Shown: positions 6,766 to 15,303 of the stretch, piece by piece
How the letters are laid out: every line of letters starts with the position of its first letter
Position numbering within the stretch: the first letter of the stretch is position 1
NCBI GenBank assembly: GCA_044221035.1
Contig: JBGAPU010000014.1
Location: 7,598 to 71,597, forward strand
Reading direction: 5' to 3'
DNA from: Chthoniobacteraceae bacterium
GTDB lineage: Bacteria; Verrucomicrobiota; Verrucomicrobiia; Chthoniobacterales; Chthoniobacteraceae
DNA: 64,000 nt
Notes under the pieces: generated by a model
The model's database searches: none
What the model saw: only the letters and a program-made list of their open reading frames with translations
What the model was told of the DNA's origin: nothing
Made by a program: the position numbers and the translations under genes

Positions 6766-9700
6766 TCAGTCCGGCTTTGCCCAGCGCTGGAGCACCTGAA
6801 GGTAGGCGTCGTGCTTTTCCGCGGGCGTGGCCTTTGCGATGGCGCGCAGCTTTTCGCGCAGGGCGAGCCATTCGTCGGCTTCGATGGTCTCCATGCCGCC
6901 GCTGGGGCCGATCTTCATCTGCGCCATGTAGCGGAGGAAGTCGGGGAACCAGTCCGGCGGGAGGCCGGAGCCGGGAGGGAGGATTTTCCAGATGCGCGCG
7001 CGCACATCGGGGCCGGCGACCACGACGGAGCTGCCATCCGGACTGAAGCGCGCACTGAGGGCCACCGGGTCGCGGCCCGTGCCGGCGGGCACGCCTCTTC
7101 CCGGTCCCATGGTGCCCAGCAGGCGCTCGCCGGCGATGTCCCACAGCGCGGCGGTGCTGCCCCAGTTGACGGTCGCCAGCCGCCGGCCGTCGGGGCTGAA
7201 ATGGATGCGGTGCTGCTGCTCGGAGTAGGTCTGGTCGAAGAAATTCGTGAGCGGCTTGCCGGTGGTGGCGTCCCAGAGGCGCGCATTGCGGTCGATGGAG
7301 GCGGTGGCGACGAGCCTGCCGTCGGGGCTGAACTCCGCCTCGTGCACGGGGCGCTGGTGGCCGGTGAGGCTGAGGAGGGGCCTGCCGGTGGCGGCATCCC
7401 AGATGCGCGCGGTGTTGTCGTCGGAGGCGGTGACGATGCGGGTGCCGTCGGGGCTGAAGGAGGCGCGGCTCACGTTGGACTCGTGGCCGGTGAGGAGGAG
7501 CAGCGGCTTTCCGGTGGCGGCATCCCACACGCGGGCGATGGGCTCGCGGGAGGCGGTGGCAATGCGCCTGCCATCCGGGCTGAACTCCGCGGAGGCGACT
7601 TCATCCGGGGAGCCGGAGAGGACGGTGAGCATCTCCCCGGTGGCGGCGTCCCACACGCGGGCGGTCTTGTCCTTCGAGGCGGTGACGAGGCGCCCGCCAT
7701 CGCGGCTGAACTGGGCGGTGAAGACTTCGTCGGTGTGGCCCTCGAGGTTCACGAGGACTTCGGCGCTGGCGGCATCCCAGACCAGCGCGGTGCGCGCCCG
7801 CCCGGCGGTGACGATGCGGGTGCCGTCCGGGCTGAACTGCGCATCCGTGGCGTAGGCGTCGCCGGGGAAGTTGTTGAAGGCGGCGGGCTCCGCGGGTTTC
7901 AGCGCGGTCCAGATCCGGGCGGTGCGATCCTGCGAGGCGGTGACGACGCGCGAGCCGTCCGGGCTGAACTCGGCGGCGAGCACCCAGCCGAGGTGGCCGC
8001 CGAGCGTGACGAGCTCCTTCCCCCGGGCCACATCCCAGATGCGCGCGGTGTTGTCCAGCGAGGCGGTGGCGAGCGAGCGGCCATCCGGGCTGAACTGGAC
8101 GCGGAAGATCGTGCTGCGGTGACCGCGGAGGATGGCGGTGGTCTTGCCCGTGGCCGCATTCCAGATGCGCGCCGTGTGGTCGCCCGAGACGGTGACGATG
8201 CGCCGGCCATCCGGGCTGAACCGTGCATCGAGCACCCAGTCTGGATGGCCGGCGAGGGTCATGAGCAGTTTCCCGCCCGCTGTCTCCCAGACGCGCGCCG
8301 TGTGGTCGAATGACGCGGTGACAATCCGGGCTCCATCGGGGCTGAAGCGTGCGATGAGTCCCTCCTTGTGCCCGGTGAGGGCGGCCATTTCGCGCCCGTC
8401 CGCGGCGTCCCACACCCGCGCGGTCTTGTCGTCGGATGCGGTGAGGAGGCGGGTGCCGTCCGGGCTGAAGGAGGCGTGGGAGAGTCTGTCGGTGTGGCCG
8501 GTGAGCGTGAAGAGGAGCTTGCCGCTGGCGGCGTCCCAGAGGCGCGCGGTTTTGTCCGCCGAGGCGGTGACCACTTTCGCCCCGTCGGGAGAGAACCTCG
8601 CGCTTTCGAGGGAATCCAGATGGCCGGAGAGAATGGCCTTGCTGGCGCCGGTGGCCGCATCCCACACGCGGGCCGTCTTGTCGCGCGCAGAGGTGACGAC
8701 GCGGGAGCCGTCGGGGCTGAACTCGGCGGAGGTGAGGGCATCGGTGTGGCCCTCCATTCGCACGAGGAGGGCGCCGGTCGCCGCGTCCCACACCTGCGCG
8801 GTCCGGCCGAAGAAGGTCACGATGCGGGCGCCATCGGCGCTGAACCGCACGCCCCACCACACCTCGCTGTCGCCGGGCTTTTCGAGTTTCGAGCGCGGCT
8901 CGCGCATGATGAGCGCCGGGTGCGGGTGGCACCAGCGGTTGAGGGCGAGGAAGGCCTTCTCCGCCGCGGCGGCGGAGCCCGGGGGATCGTATTCGCAGGA
9001 GCGCGCGAGATGCGCGAACGCCTCGCGGTCCCGCCACGCCTGCAGCTCCTCCTCGGCGGCGACGCGGTCGGAAAGCGCGGCCTCCGCCAGCATCCGCCGG
9101 GACTCCCCGTTTTTCCGCGCAATCTCCACGCGCGCAGCCTCGACCTTCTGAGTTTGGGAATTCGCCTCCGACTCGGCGCGCCGCGCGCGGAGCATCTGGA
9201 GCGTGCTCGCCGCGATGCCGCCGACGAGAAGGAGGAGGATGGTCGCGGCGGAGGCGAAGGCGAGGCGGTTGCGGCGGACGAGCTTGCGGAAGCGGTAGAG
9301 CGCGCTGGGCGGGCCGGCTTCCACGGGCTCGCTGGCGAGGTGGCGCGCGATGTCGGCGGCGAGTGCGGCGGCGCTGCCGTAGCGGCGCTCGCGGTCCTTT
9401 TCCAAGGCGCGGAGGGAAATCCAGTCGAGGTCGCCGCGGAGGGTGCGGGTGAGTTTGCCGGGCTCGGTGCCGCGCGTGGTCGCGGCGGTGCGGGTGATGT
9501 CGCCCGCATTGCCGACACGGCTGCTCGGGCGCGGGGCCTCGCTCTCGCGGATCATGCGGAGCATTTCATCGAAGGCGGCGCTGCGCAGCGTCTCCGTGCT
9601 GAGCGGGGTGTCGCCGGTGAGCAGCTCGTAGAGGATCACGCCGAGGGTGTAGATGTCGCTGCGGGTGTCGAGGTCCCCCTTGGCACCGGCCTGCTCGGGG

Positions 9701-10440
9701 CTCATGTAGCGCGGCGTGCCGATGAATGCGCCGGTCTGCGTGAGGGTGAGGCCCGCGCGGATGGCTTCGCTCTCGGTGCCGAGCGCCTTGGCGATGCCGA
9801 AGTCGATCACCTTCGGCACGGGCTTCCCGTCCACTTCGCTGACGAGGATGTTTCCCGGCTTCAAGTCGCGGTGGAGGATCGCCTTCTGGTGCGCGTGCTG
9901 CACGGCGTGGCAGACGGGGATGAAGAGTTCGAGCCGCTCGCGGATGGTGAGCTTGCGGGCGTCGGCGAACTTCGTGATCGGCTCGCCGCGGACCAGCTCC
10001 ATGACGAAGAAGGGGCGGCCATTCTCCGTGGTGCCCGCGTCGAGCACGCCGGCGATGTTCGGATGCTCCATGAGCGCGAGCGCCTGCCGCTCCGCCTCGA
10101 ACCGCGCGATGATCTCCGCGCTGTCCATGCCGGCCTTGATGAGCTTCAGCGCGACCTCGCGGCGAATGGGCTCGCTCTGCTCCGCGCGCCACACTGCGCC
10201 GAAGCCGCCCTCGCCGAGCTTCTCGATCAGCCGGTAGCGCCCCACGACCACGCCCGGCTGCTCCACGCCGCCCGCGGCCACGCGCGCCACGGTCCCTTCG
10301 GTGGGGAAATCCGCGGGGTTCTCCGCATTTGCCGCGAACATGCGCTGCATGGTCCCGTCACCCATCCGGTGCGTGGCGTCCTCCGGTTGCACGCCGCCCC
10401 CGTCGCCGTCACTCACCGGCTCGGTGGTCTCGTCAGACAT
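6766..10440 (-). CDS. Ser/Thr protein kinase with one TM helix and about 15 WD40 repeats
   Basis: Hanks kinase motifs are present: 'GEGGFGAVW', 'VALKLIK', 'HRDLKPGNIL', 'DFGIAK', 'GTPRYMSPEQ'. TM segment 'LAFASAATILLLLVGGIAAS'. Then about 15 units ending 'ARVWDAATG', 'ARIWDAATG' and similar. Confidence 0.9.
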   Translation of the reverse strand: MSDETTEPVSDGDGGGVQPEDATHRMGDGTMQRMFAANAENPADFPTEGTVARVAAGGVEQPGVVVGRYRLIEKLGEGGFGAVWRAEQSEPIRREVALKLIKAGMDSAEIIARFEAERQALALMEHPNIAGVLDAGTTENGRPFFVMELVRGEPITKFADARKLTIRERLELFIPVCHAVQHAHQKAILHRDLKPGNILVSEVDGKPVPKVIDFGIAKALGTESEAIRAGLTLTQTGAFIGTPRYMSPEQAGAKGDLDTRSDIYTLGVILYELLTGDTPLSTETLRSAAFDEMLRMIRESEAPRPSSRVGNAGDITRTAATTRGTEPGKLTRTLRGDLDWISLRALEKDRERRYGSAAALAADIARHLASEPVEAGPPSALYRFRKLVRRNRLAFASAATILLLLVGGIAASTLQMLRARRAESEANSQTQKVEAARVEIARKNGESRRMLAEAALSDRVAAEEELQAWRDREAFAHLARSCEYDPPGSAAAAEKAFLALNRWCHPHPALIMREPRSKLEKPGDSEVWWGVRFSADGARIVTFFGRTAQVWDAATGALLVRMEGHTDALTSAEFSPDGSRVVTSARDKTARVWDAATGASKAILSGHLDSLESARFSPDGAKVVTASADKTARLWDAASGKLLFTLTGHTDRLSHASFSPDGTRLLTASDDKTARVWDAADGREMAALTGHKEGLIARFSPDGARIVTASFDHTARVWETAGGKLLMTLAGHPDWVLDARFSPDGRRIVTVSGDHTARIWNAATGKTTAILRGHRSTIFRVQFSPDGRSLATASLDNTARIWDVARGKELVTLGGHLGWVLAAEFSPDGSRVVTASQDRTARIWTALKPAEPAAFNNFPGDAYATDAQFSPDGTRIVTAGRARTALVWDAASAEVLVNLEGHTDEVFTAQFSRDGGRLVTASKDKTARVWDAATGEMLTVLSGSPDEVASAEFSPDGRRIATASREPIARVWDAATGKPLLLLTGHESNVSRASFSPDGTRIVTASDDNTARIWDAATGRPLLSLTGHQRPVHEAEFSPDGRLVATASIDRNARLWDATTGKPLTNFFDQTYSEQQHRIHFSPDGRRLATVNWGSTAALWDIAGERLLGTMGPGRGVPAGTGRDPVALSARFSPDGSSVVVAGPDVRARIWKILPPGSGLPPDWFPDFLRYMAQMKIGPSGGMETIEADEWLALREKLRAIAKATPAEKHDAYLQVLQRWAKPD

Positions 10441-10551
10441 GGCGCTGGGACTCCATCGGCGCGGATGCTGGGGCGCGGAAGGGTGCGAGGCAAGCAGGGT
10501 GTCGTGACCTGTCGCGGGCTCCGGCGTGCCGGCTTCGGCGGCCGTGCGGGG

Positions 10552-13209
10552 TCACTTTTCCGAAAGCTCGGCGACGAACTCGCGTGCGTCCCTGGTGGCG
10601 GGGTGGTTTTCGCCGAGGACCTTCTGCCGGCCGCTGAGCACGCGGCGCGCGAGGGTGAGCGCCTCCGCGCGCTTGCCCTGCCGGGCGAGGGTGAGGGCGA
10701 GGTTGTAGCATTCCGTGAGGACCTGCGGGTGGTCGGGGCCGAGGCTGCGCTCGGCTTCCGCGAGCACGGCGCGGTGCTCGGCCTCCGCCTCGGGGAGCTT
10801 TTTCTGCCGCTCGAGGCAGTTGGCGAGGTTCATGCGGGCGCCGAGCGTGGTGCGGGCTGCCGGGCCGAGGACGCGCTCCATGACCGGAATGAGCGCGCGG
10901 AACTCCTTCTCGGCCTCGGCGTGGCTGCCGCTGTCGGTGAGCAGTCCGGCGAGATCCTGCCGGCTGGCGAGGGTGTCGGGATGCTCGGGGCCGATGAGGC
11001 GGGTCTCGGCCTCGATGACGGTCTGGAGTTCACCGACTGCCTCGGCGGGGCGGTCCTGGGCGGCGAGCGAAACGGCGAGGCCCTTGCGGCTGTTGAGGGT
11101 GTCGAGGTGGTCGGGGCCGAGAACCCGCAGGCGGATTTCCAGTCCGGCGCGGTGCTCGGCCTCGGCTTCGGAGTGCCTGCCGAGCCTGTGGAGGGCCAGC
11201 GCGAGGTTGCCCCGGCACATGAGGGTGTCGGGATGCTCCGGGCCGCGGGCCTTCACCCAGAGCGGGAGCATCGCGCGGAACTCCGCCTCGGCCTCGGCGA
11301 GGCGGTTGCGGTCGAGGAGCAGCAGCGCGAGGCTGTTGCGGGTGGCGAGGGTGTCCGGCGCGTCCGGGCCGAAGACGCGGGAGCGCAGATCGAGGTTGAG
11401 GCTGTGCTCGGCCTCCGCCTCCGCGTATTTGTGCTGGGCGCGCAGCGCGATGGCGAGGTTGTTCCTCGCGGAGAGGGTGTCGGGGTGCTCCGACCCCTGG
11501 GTGCGGGTGCGGATTTCCAGGAGCGCGCGGTGCTCGGCCTCGGCCTCGGCGAGCTTGCTCTGCGCGGCGAGGACGAGCGCGCGGTTGTTGCGGCTGCCCA
11601 GCGTCTCGGGGTGCTCGGGGCCTTGAAACTGCGTGCTGAGTTCAAGCGCCCGCAGAAGCTGCGGCAGGGCGCTGTCGGCGAGGCCGAGCCGGGAGTAGCT
11701 CACGCCGATGGTGTCGCGGATCGCCGCCTCGACGAGCGGCTGGTCGCGGAAGCGCCCGCCGATTTTCTCCGCGGCGCGGTCGAGGGCCTCGCGCACGGTG
11801 AGGTCCGGATTGGGTGCGTCGCCGCTGTCGGCCTGGGCGCCGGGGTCCACCTGGGCGAGGACGTCGCGGCGGAGAAATTCGCTCACCGCCTTCGCCACGG
11901 CCGCCTCGTTGTCCGCGCGCCTCTTCTCCGCCGTCACGTGCGTGAGCCGCAGCGTCGCGAGATCCTCGGCACGTCGCGCGCGGAGCATCTGGAGCGTGCT
12001 CACTGCGATGCCGCCGACGAGAAGGAGGAGGATGGCCGCGGCGGAGGCGAAGGCGAGGCGGTTGCGGCGGACGAGCTTGCGGAATCGGTAGAGGGCGCTG
12101 GGCGGGCCGGCTTCGACGGGCTCGCTGGCCAGGTGCCGGGCGATGTCGGCAGCAAGCGCGGCGGCGCTGCCGTAGCGGCGTTCGCGGTCCTTCTCCAAGG
12201 CGCGAAGGGCGATCCAGTCGAGGTCGCCGCGCAGGGTGCGGGTGAGCTTGCCGGGCTCGGTGCCGCGTGTGGTGGCGGCGGTGCGGGTGTCGTCGCTAGC
12301 GGTGCCGACCCGGCTGCTCGGGCGCGGGGCCTCGCTCTCGCGGATCATTCGGAGCATTTCATCGAACGCGGCGCTGCGGAGGGTCTCGGCGGAGAGCGGG
12401 GTGTCGCCGGTGAGCAACTCGTAGAGGATCACGCCGAGGGTGTAGATGTCGCTGCGTGTGTCGAGGTCCGCCTTCGCGCCCGCCTGCTCGGGGCTCATGT
12501 AGCGCGGGGTGCCGATGAAGGTGCCGGTGTGGGTGAGATGGAGGCTTTCGCGCAGGGCGTCGTCGCTCGCGCCGCCGGTGCCACCGGTGCCCAGCGCCTT
12601 GGCGATGCCGAAGTCGATCACCTTCGGCACTGGGTGGCCGTCCACCTCGGCGATGAGGATGTTTCCCGGTTTCAGGTCGCGGTGGAGGATCGCCTTCTGG
12701 TGCGCGTGCTGCACGGCGTGGCAGACGGGGATGAAGAGTTCGAGCCGCTCGCGAATGGTGAGCTTGCGCGCGTCGGCGAACTTGGTGATCGGCTCGCCGC
12801 GCACCAGCTCCATGACGAAGAACGGACGGCCATTCTCCGTGGTGCCCGCGTCGAGCACGCCGGCGATGTTCGGATGCTCCATGAGCGCGAGCGCCTGCCG
12901 CTCGGCCTCGAAGCGCGCGATGATCTCCGCGCTGTCCATGCCGGCCTTGATCAATTTCAGCGCGACCTCGCGTTTGATCGGCTCGCTCTGCTCCGCACGC
13001 CACACCGCGCCGAAGCCGCCCTCGCCGAGCTTTTCAATCAGCCGGTAGCGGCCAATGGATTCTCCGCTCTGTTCCCCCGCCTGCTCTCCCGGCGCCGCAT
13101 CCGCCGCGAGCATCCGTTGCAACGTGCCGTCGCCGATCCGGTGCGTCGCGTCCCCCGGCTGTCCGCCGCTCGGTGCGTCCGGATTTACCGGGTCCGTCTC
13201 GTCATGCAT
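10552..13209 (-). CDS. Ser/Thr protein kinase with one TM helix and TPR (kinesin-light-chain-like) repeats
   Basis: The kinase + TM module is nearly identical to the upstream paralogue. The C-terminus holds about 9 repeats of the form 'AEAEAEHRA.L..R.R..G.EHPDTL..R.NLA'. Start set at ATG 13209 (MHDETDPV) by analogy with MSDETTEPV of the paralogue. The ORF track start is 13389. Confidence 0.9.
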   Translation of the reverse strand: MHDETDPVNPDAPSGGQPGDATHRIGDGTLQRMLAADAAPGEQAGEQSGESIGRYRLIEKLGEGGFGAVWRAEQSEPIKREVALKLIKAGMDSAEIIARFEAERQALALMEHPNIAGVLDAGTTENGRPFFVMELVRGEPITKFADARKLTIRERLELFIPVCHAVQHAHQKAILHRDLKPGNILIAEVDGHPVPKVIDFGIAKALGTGGTGGASDDALRESLHLTHTGTFIGTPRYMSPEQAGAKADLDTRSDIYTLGVILYELLTGDTPLSAETLRSAAFDEMLRMIRESEAPRPSSRVGTASDDTRTAATTRGTEPGKLTRTLRGDLDWIALRALEKDRERRYGSAAALAADIARHLASEPVEAGPPSALYRFRKLVRRNRLAFASAAAILLLLVGGIAVSTLQMLRARRAEDLATLRLTHVTAEKRRADNEAAVAKAVSEFLRRDVLAQVDPGAQADSGDAPNPDLTVREALDRAAEKIGGRFRDQPLVEAAIRDTIGVSYSRLGLADSALPQLLRALELSTQFQGPEHPETLGSRNNRALVLAAQSKLAEAEAEHRALLEIRTRTQGSEHPDTLSARNNLAIALRAQHKYAEAEAEHSLNLDLRSRVFGPDAPDTLATRNSLALLLLDRNRLAEAEAEFRAMLPLWVKARGPEHPDTLMCRGNLALALHRLGRHSEAEAEHRAGLEIRLRVLGPDHLDTLNSRKGLAVSLAAQDRPAEAVGELQTVIEAETRLIGPEHPDTLASRQDLAGLLTDSGSHAEAEKEFRALIPVMERVLGPAARTTLGARMNLANCLERQKKLPEAEAEHRAVLAEAERSLGPDHPQVLTECYNLALTLARQGKRAEALTLARRVLSGRQKVLGENHPATRDAREFVAELSEK

Positions 13210-13304
13210 GGCGTGGGGAGTCCATGGCCGGGAATGCTGGGGCGCCGGGAAGCAGGAGGCAAGCGTGCGGCTGCGGCGGGAGCTTCGACGGCGGCTGGAA
13301 CTGC

Positions 13305-13670
13305 CTAGCTGCCGCCCTGTCCCCGGTGGCACATCACATTGATCACCGTGCCGCTGGGATCGGCCACGAAGAAGCGGCGGACGCCCCACGGTTCATCGGT
13401 GAGCGGGTAAACGATGGGGACGCCGAGCTGGACGGCGCGGGCGTGGGCGGCGTCCACATCGTCCACCTCGATGGAGATGTCCGGGTTTGCCGCGGGCGCG
13501 GGGGCCGGCTGCATGAGGGTGATTTGCGCCGTGGGGTTGCCCGGGGAGACGAACGTGAGAATCCAGCCCATGTCCATCGCGAGGTTCATCCCGAGGAATT
13601 CGCCGTAGAACCGGCGGCTCTCGTCCATCTGCGCGGAGGTGATGTCGGGAACGATGCGTTTGATGTTCAT
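13305..13670 (-). CDS. VOC / glyoxalase-bleomycin resistance family protein
   Basis: 121 aa from ATG 13670, 'MNIKRIVPDITSAQMDESRRFYGEFLGMNL...WGVRRFFVADPSGTVINV', which is the VOC beta-alpha-beta-beta-beta pattern. Confidence 0.8.
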   Translation of the reverse strand: MNIKRIVPDITSAQMDESRRFYGEFLGMNLAMDMGWILTFVSPGNPTAQITLMQPAPAPAANPDISIEVDDVDAAHARAVQLGVPIVYPLTDEPWGVRRFFVADPSGTVINVMCHRGQGGS

Positions 13671-13981
13671 TTTTTGGCGGGATGTTTGGTGGGATCGCAG
13701 CGCGCGGCGGGCGCGGGAGTGTGCTCGGTGTAGCCGATGGGGGAGTGGTGTCGAGGAAGGGCTTGAGGGCTGCTGCCCGCGGTCGCGGCGCTCTTTTCCC
13801 ACTCGTGCCGGAAGAGCAGCCAGTAGAGCGGGCCGAGCAGCGGGACGGAGATGACGACAAGTGTCCAGACGGCTTTGCGTCGCCAGACCGTGCGCGAGAA
13901 CAGAACGGCGGCGAGCACGGCTGCGTGAAACGCGATGGCGGCCCGGAGCAGAAAGGGGAGGGATGCGGGGTCGAATGGCAT
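13667..13981 (-). CDS. Small membrane protein with PLDc_N-like motif
   Basis: Two hydrophobic helices and 'VPLLGPLYWLLF'. Its stop overlaps the VOC gene start by 4 nt. Confidence 0.55.
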   Translation of the reverse strand: MPFDPASLPFLLRAAIAFHAAVLAAVLFSRTVWRRKAVWTLVVISVPLLGPLYWLLFRHEWEKSAATAGSSPQALPRHHSPIGYTEHTPAPAARCDPTKHPAKK

Positions 13982-14012
13982 CGGTCGCAGGGGCTTGCGC
14001 CCGGCGCCGGGC

Positions 14013-14294
14013 TCAGAGGGTGCCGGCCTCGAGCTGCTCGAGGTAGATGAAGTCGGGGGCCTTCACGCCGGCTTCGGCGCGGATGCGGACGAGTTCGGGG
14101 GATTCAAAGAAGCGGCGTGCGTTTTCGAGCGCGGTCCAGGCGGAGAAGTGGACGATGCGGTTCGGGTCGTGCTGAAACTTGAGGACTTGGTAGGAGCGCT
14201 CGCCGGCGTCCCGGCGGATGCCTGCGGCGGAGTCGAAGATCTTCTTCCAAGCCGGGTAGTCCGCGACTTCGTGGATGATGAGGACGTGTGGCAT
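14013..14294 (-). CDS. Small ferredoxin-like alpha+beta barrel protein (ABM/'cyclase'-like)
   Basis: 93 aa from ATG 14294, 'MPHVLIIHEVADYPAWKKIFD...HDPNRIVHFSAWTALENARRFFESPEL'. Confidence 0.5.
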   Translation of the reverse strand: MPHVLIIHEVADYPAWKKIFDSAAGIRRDAGERSYQVLKFQHDPNRIVHFSAWTALENARRFFESPELVRIRAEAGVKAPDFIYLEQLEAGTL

Positions 14295-14416
14295 CGGGCG
14301 CGGTGGATACCGGGCGAGCGGGGTGGCGTCGAGGTGAAGATGGTCGGCTCCGGATGGTCGGCTCGGTGACATTTGCGGCTCGCATCGGGAGCGCGGGCGG
14401 CGTGAGACTCGCGGGC

Positions 14417-15088
14417 ATGCGCACGCGAATCCTGCCGATGCTGTTTCTTGCCCTTGCGGTTTCCATTCACCCTCTGCGCGCGGAGGAGAAGGGCGGGGTG
14501 GGGAAGGAACCGGTGAAGGAACCGGCGAAAGCCGGGGCGAAGGACGACATGGAGCGGGAGGAGGAGTCGCCTTCGCCGGACGGGAAGTTCGCGTTCATCG
14601 CGAGCTTCAGCCCAGAGGCGCGGAGCTTGGACCTGATCGAGAAGGCGACGAAGAAGGTGCTGATGCGGGTGGCGGAGTCGGAGGAGGACAGCAACCGGCT
14701 GAGCACGAAGGTGCTGTGGGCGCCGGATTCGCGGCGGTTTGCGATCAGCATCTCGACGGTCTTCAAGCGCACGAGTGAGGTGGGTGTTTACACGAGGAGC
14801 GGGGCGACTTTCCGCAAGACGGCGATGCCGAAGCTGCCCGAGGCGTCGCTGCCGAAGGGCTATGCGTCGGACCCGAAGCGGTTCTGGCACACGGCGTCGC
14901 TCAACTGGGAGGATCCCGTGCGCTGGCGCAAGGACGGCTCGCTGGTGGTGGAGATCAACACGACGGTGGACGGCAACGACAACACGGCGACGGCGCTGCG
15001 GACGGTGGTGATTGGCTTCGGGAAGAATGGGGCGGGGAAGATTTTGGATTCGTCGCTGAAGCTGACGCGGCATCTGGAGAAGGAATGA
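14417..15088 (+). CDS. Secreted hypothetical protein
   Basis: Signal-peptide-like N-terminus 'MRTRILPMLFLALAVSIHPLRAEE' from ATG 14417. No recognised domain. Confidence 0.6.
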   Translation: MRTRILPMLFLALAVSIHPLRAEEKGGVGKEPVKEPAKAGAKDDMEREEESPSPDGKFAFIASFSPEARSLDLIEKATKKVLMRVAESEEDSNRLSTKVLWAPDSRRFAISISTVFKRTSEVGVYTRSGATFRKTAMPKLPEASLPKGYASDPKRFWHTASLNWEDPVRWRKDGSLVVEINTTVDGNDNTATALRTVVIGFGKNGAGKILDSSLKLTRHLEKE

Positions 15089-15096
15089 CGGATGAT

Positions 15097-15136
15097 GAAT
15101 GACGGGGCGGTGCATGGCCGTCGTGATTCGTCATTC
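15097..15136. repeat. Inverted GAATGACG / CGTCATTC hairpin downstream of a stop codon
   Basis: GAATGACGG (15097-15105) pairs with CGTCATTC (15129-15136), with an additional inner ACGG/CCGT pairing. It has no T-tract, so its role as a terminator is uncertain. Confidence 0.4.
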
Positions 15137-15303
15137 GCCTCCCGGGCATCTTCGCATTTGCGTGCGATGGGCAAAGCTGCCATCAAGCGCGCCCCGCGTC
15201 GCGCGCGGACGCGTCTCCCCTGCATGAGTGCCCGAGTGCTCGGAGGCTAAGCTGGCGCGGCGGCGCGGGTTTTCACCGCGCAATTCTCCTTACCCGAAAT
15301 CCC

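Noticed and set aside
6604-8313. 569-aa + strand ORF beginning in the heptad repeat
   Set aside because: It is antisense to the WD40 region of the kinase, and its translation is Gly/Ala/Arg low complexity.
8368-13308. 1646-aa ORF on the + strand spanning both kinase genes
   Set aside because: It is antisense to two well-supported kinase genes. The product is Gly/Ala/Arg/Glu low-complexity with no motifs, which is the typical high-GC shadow ORF.
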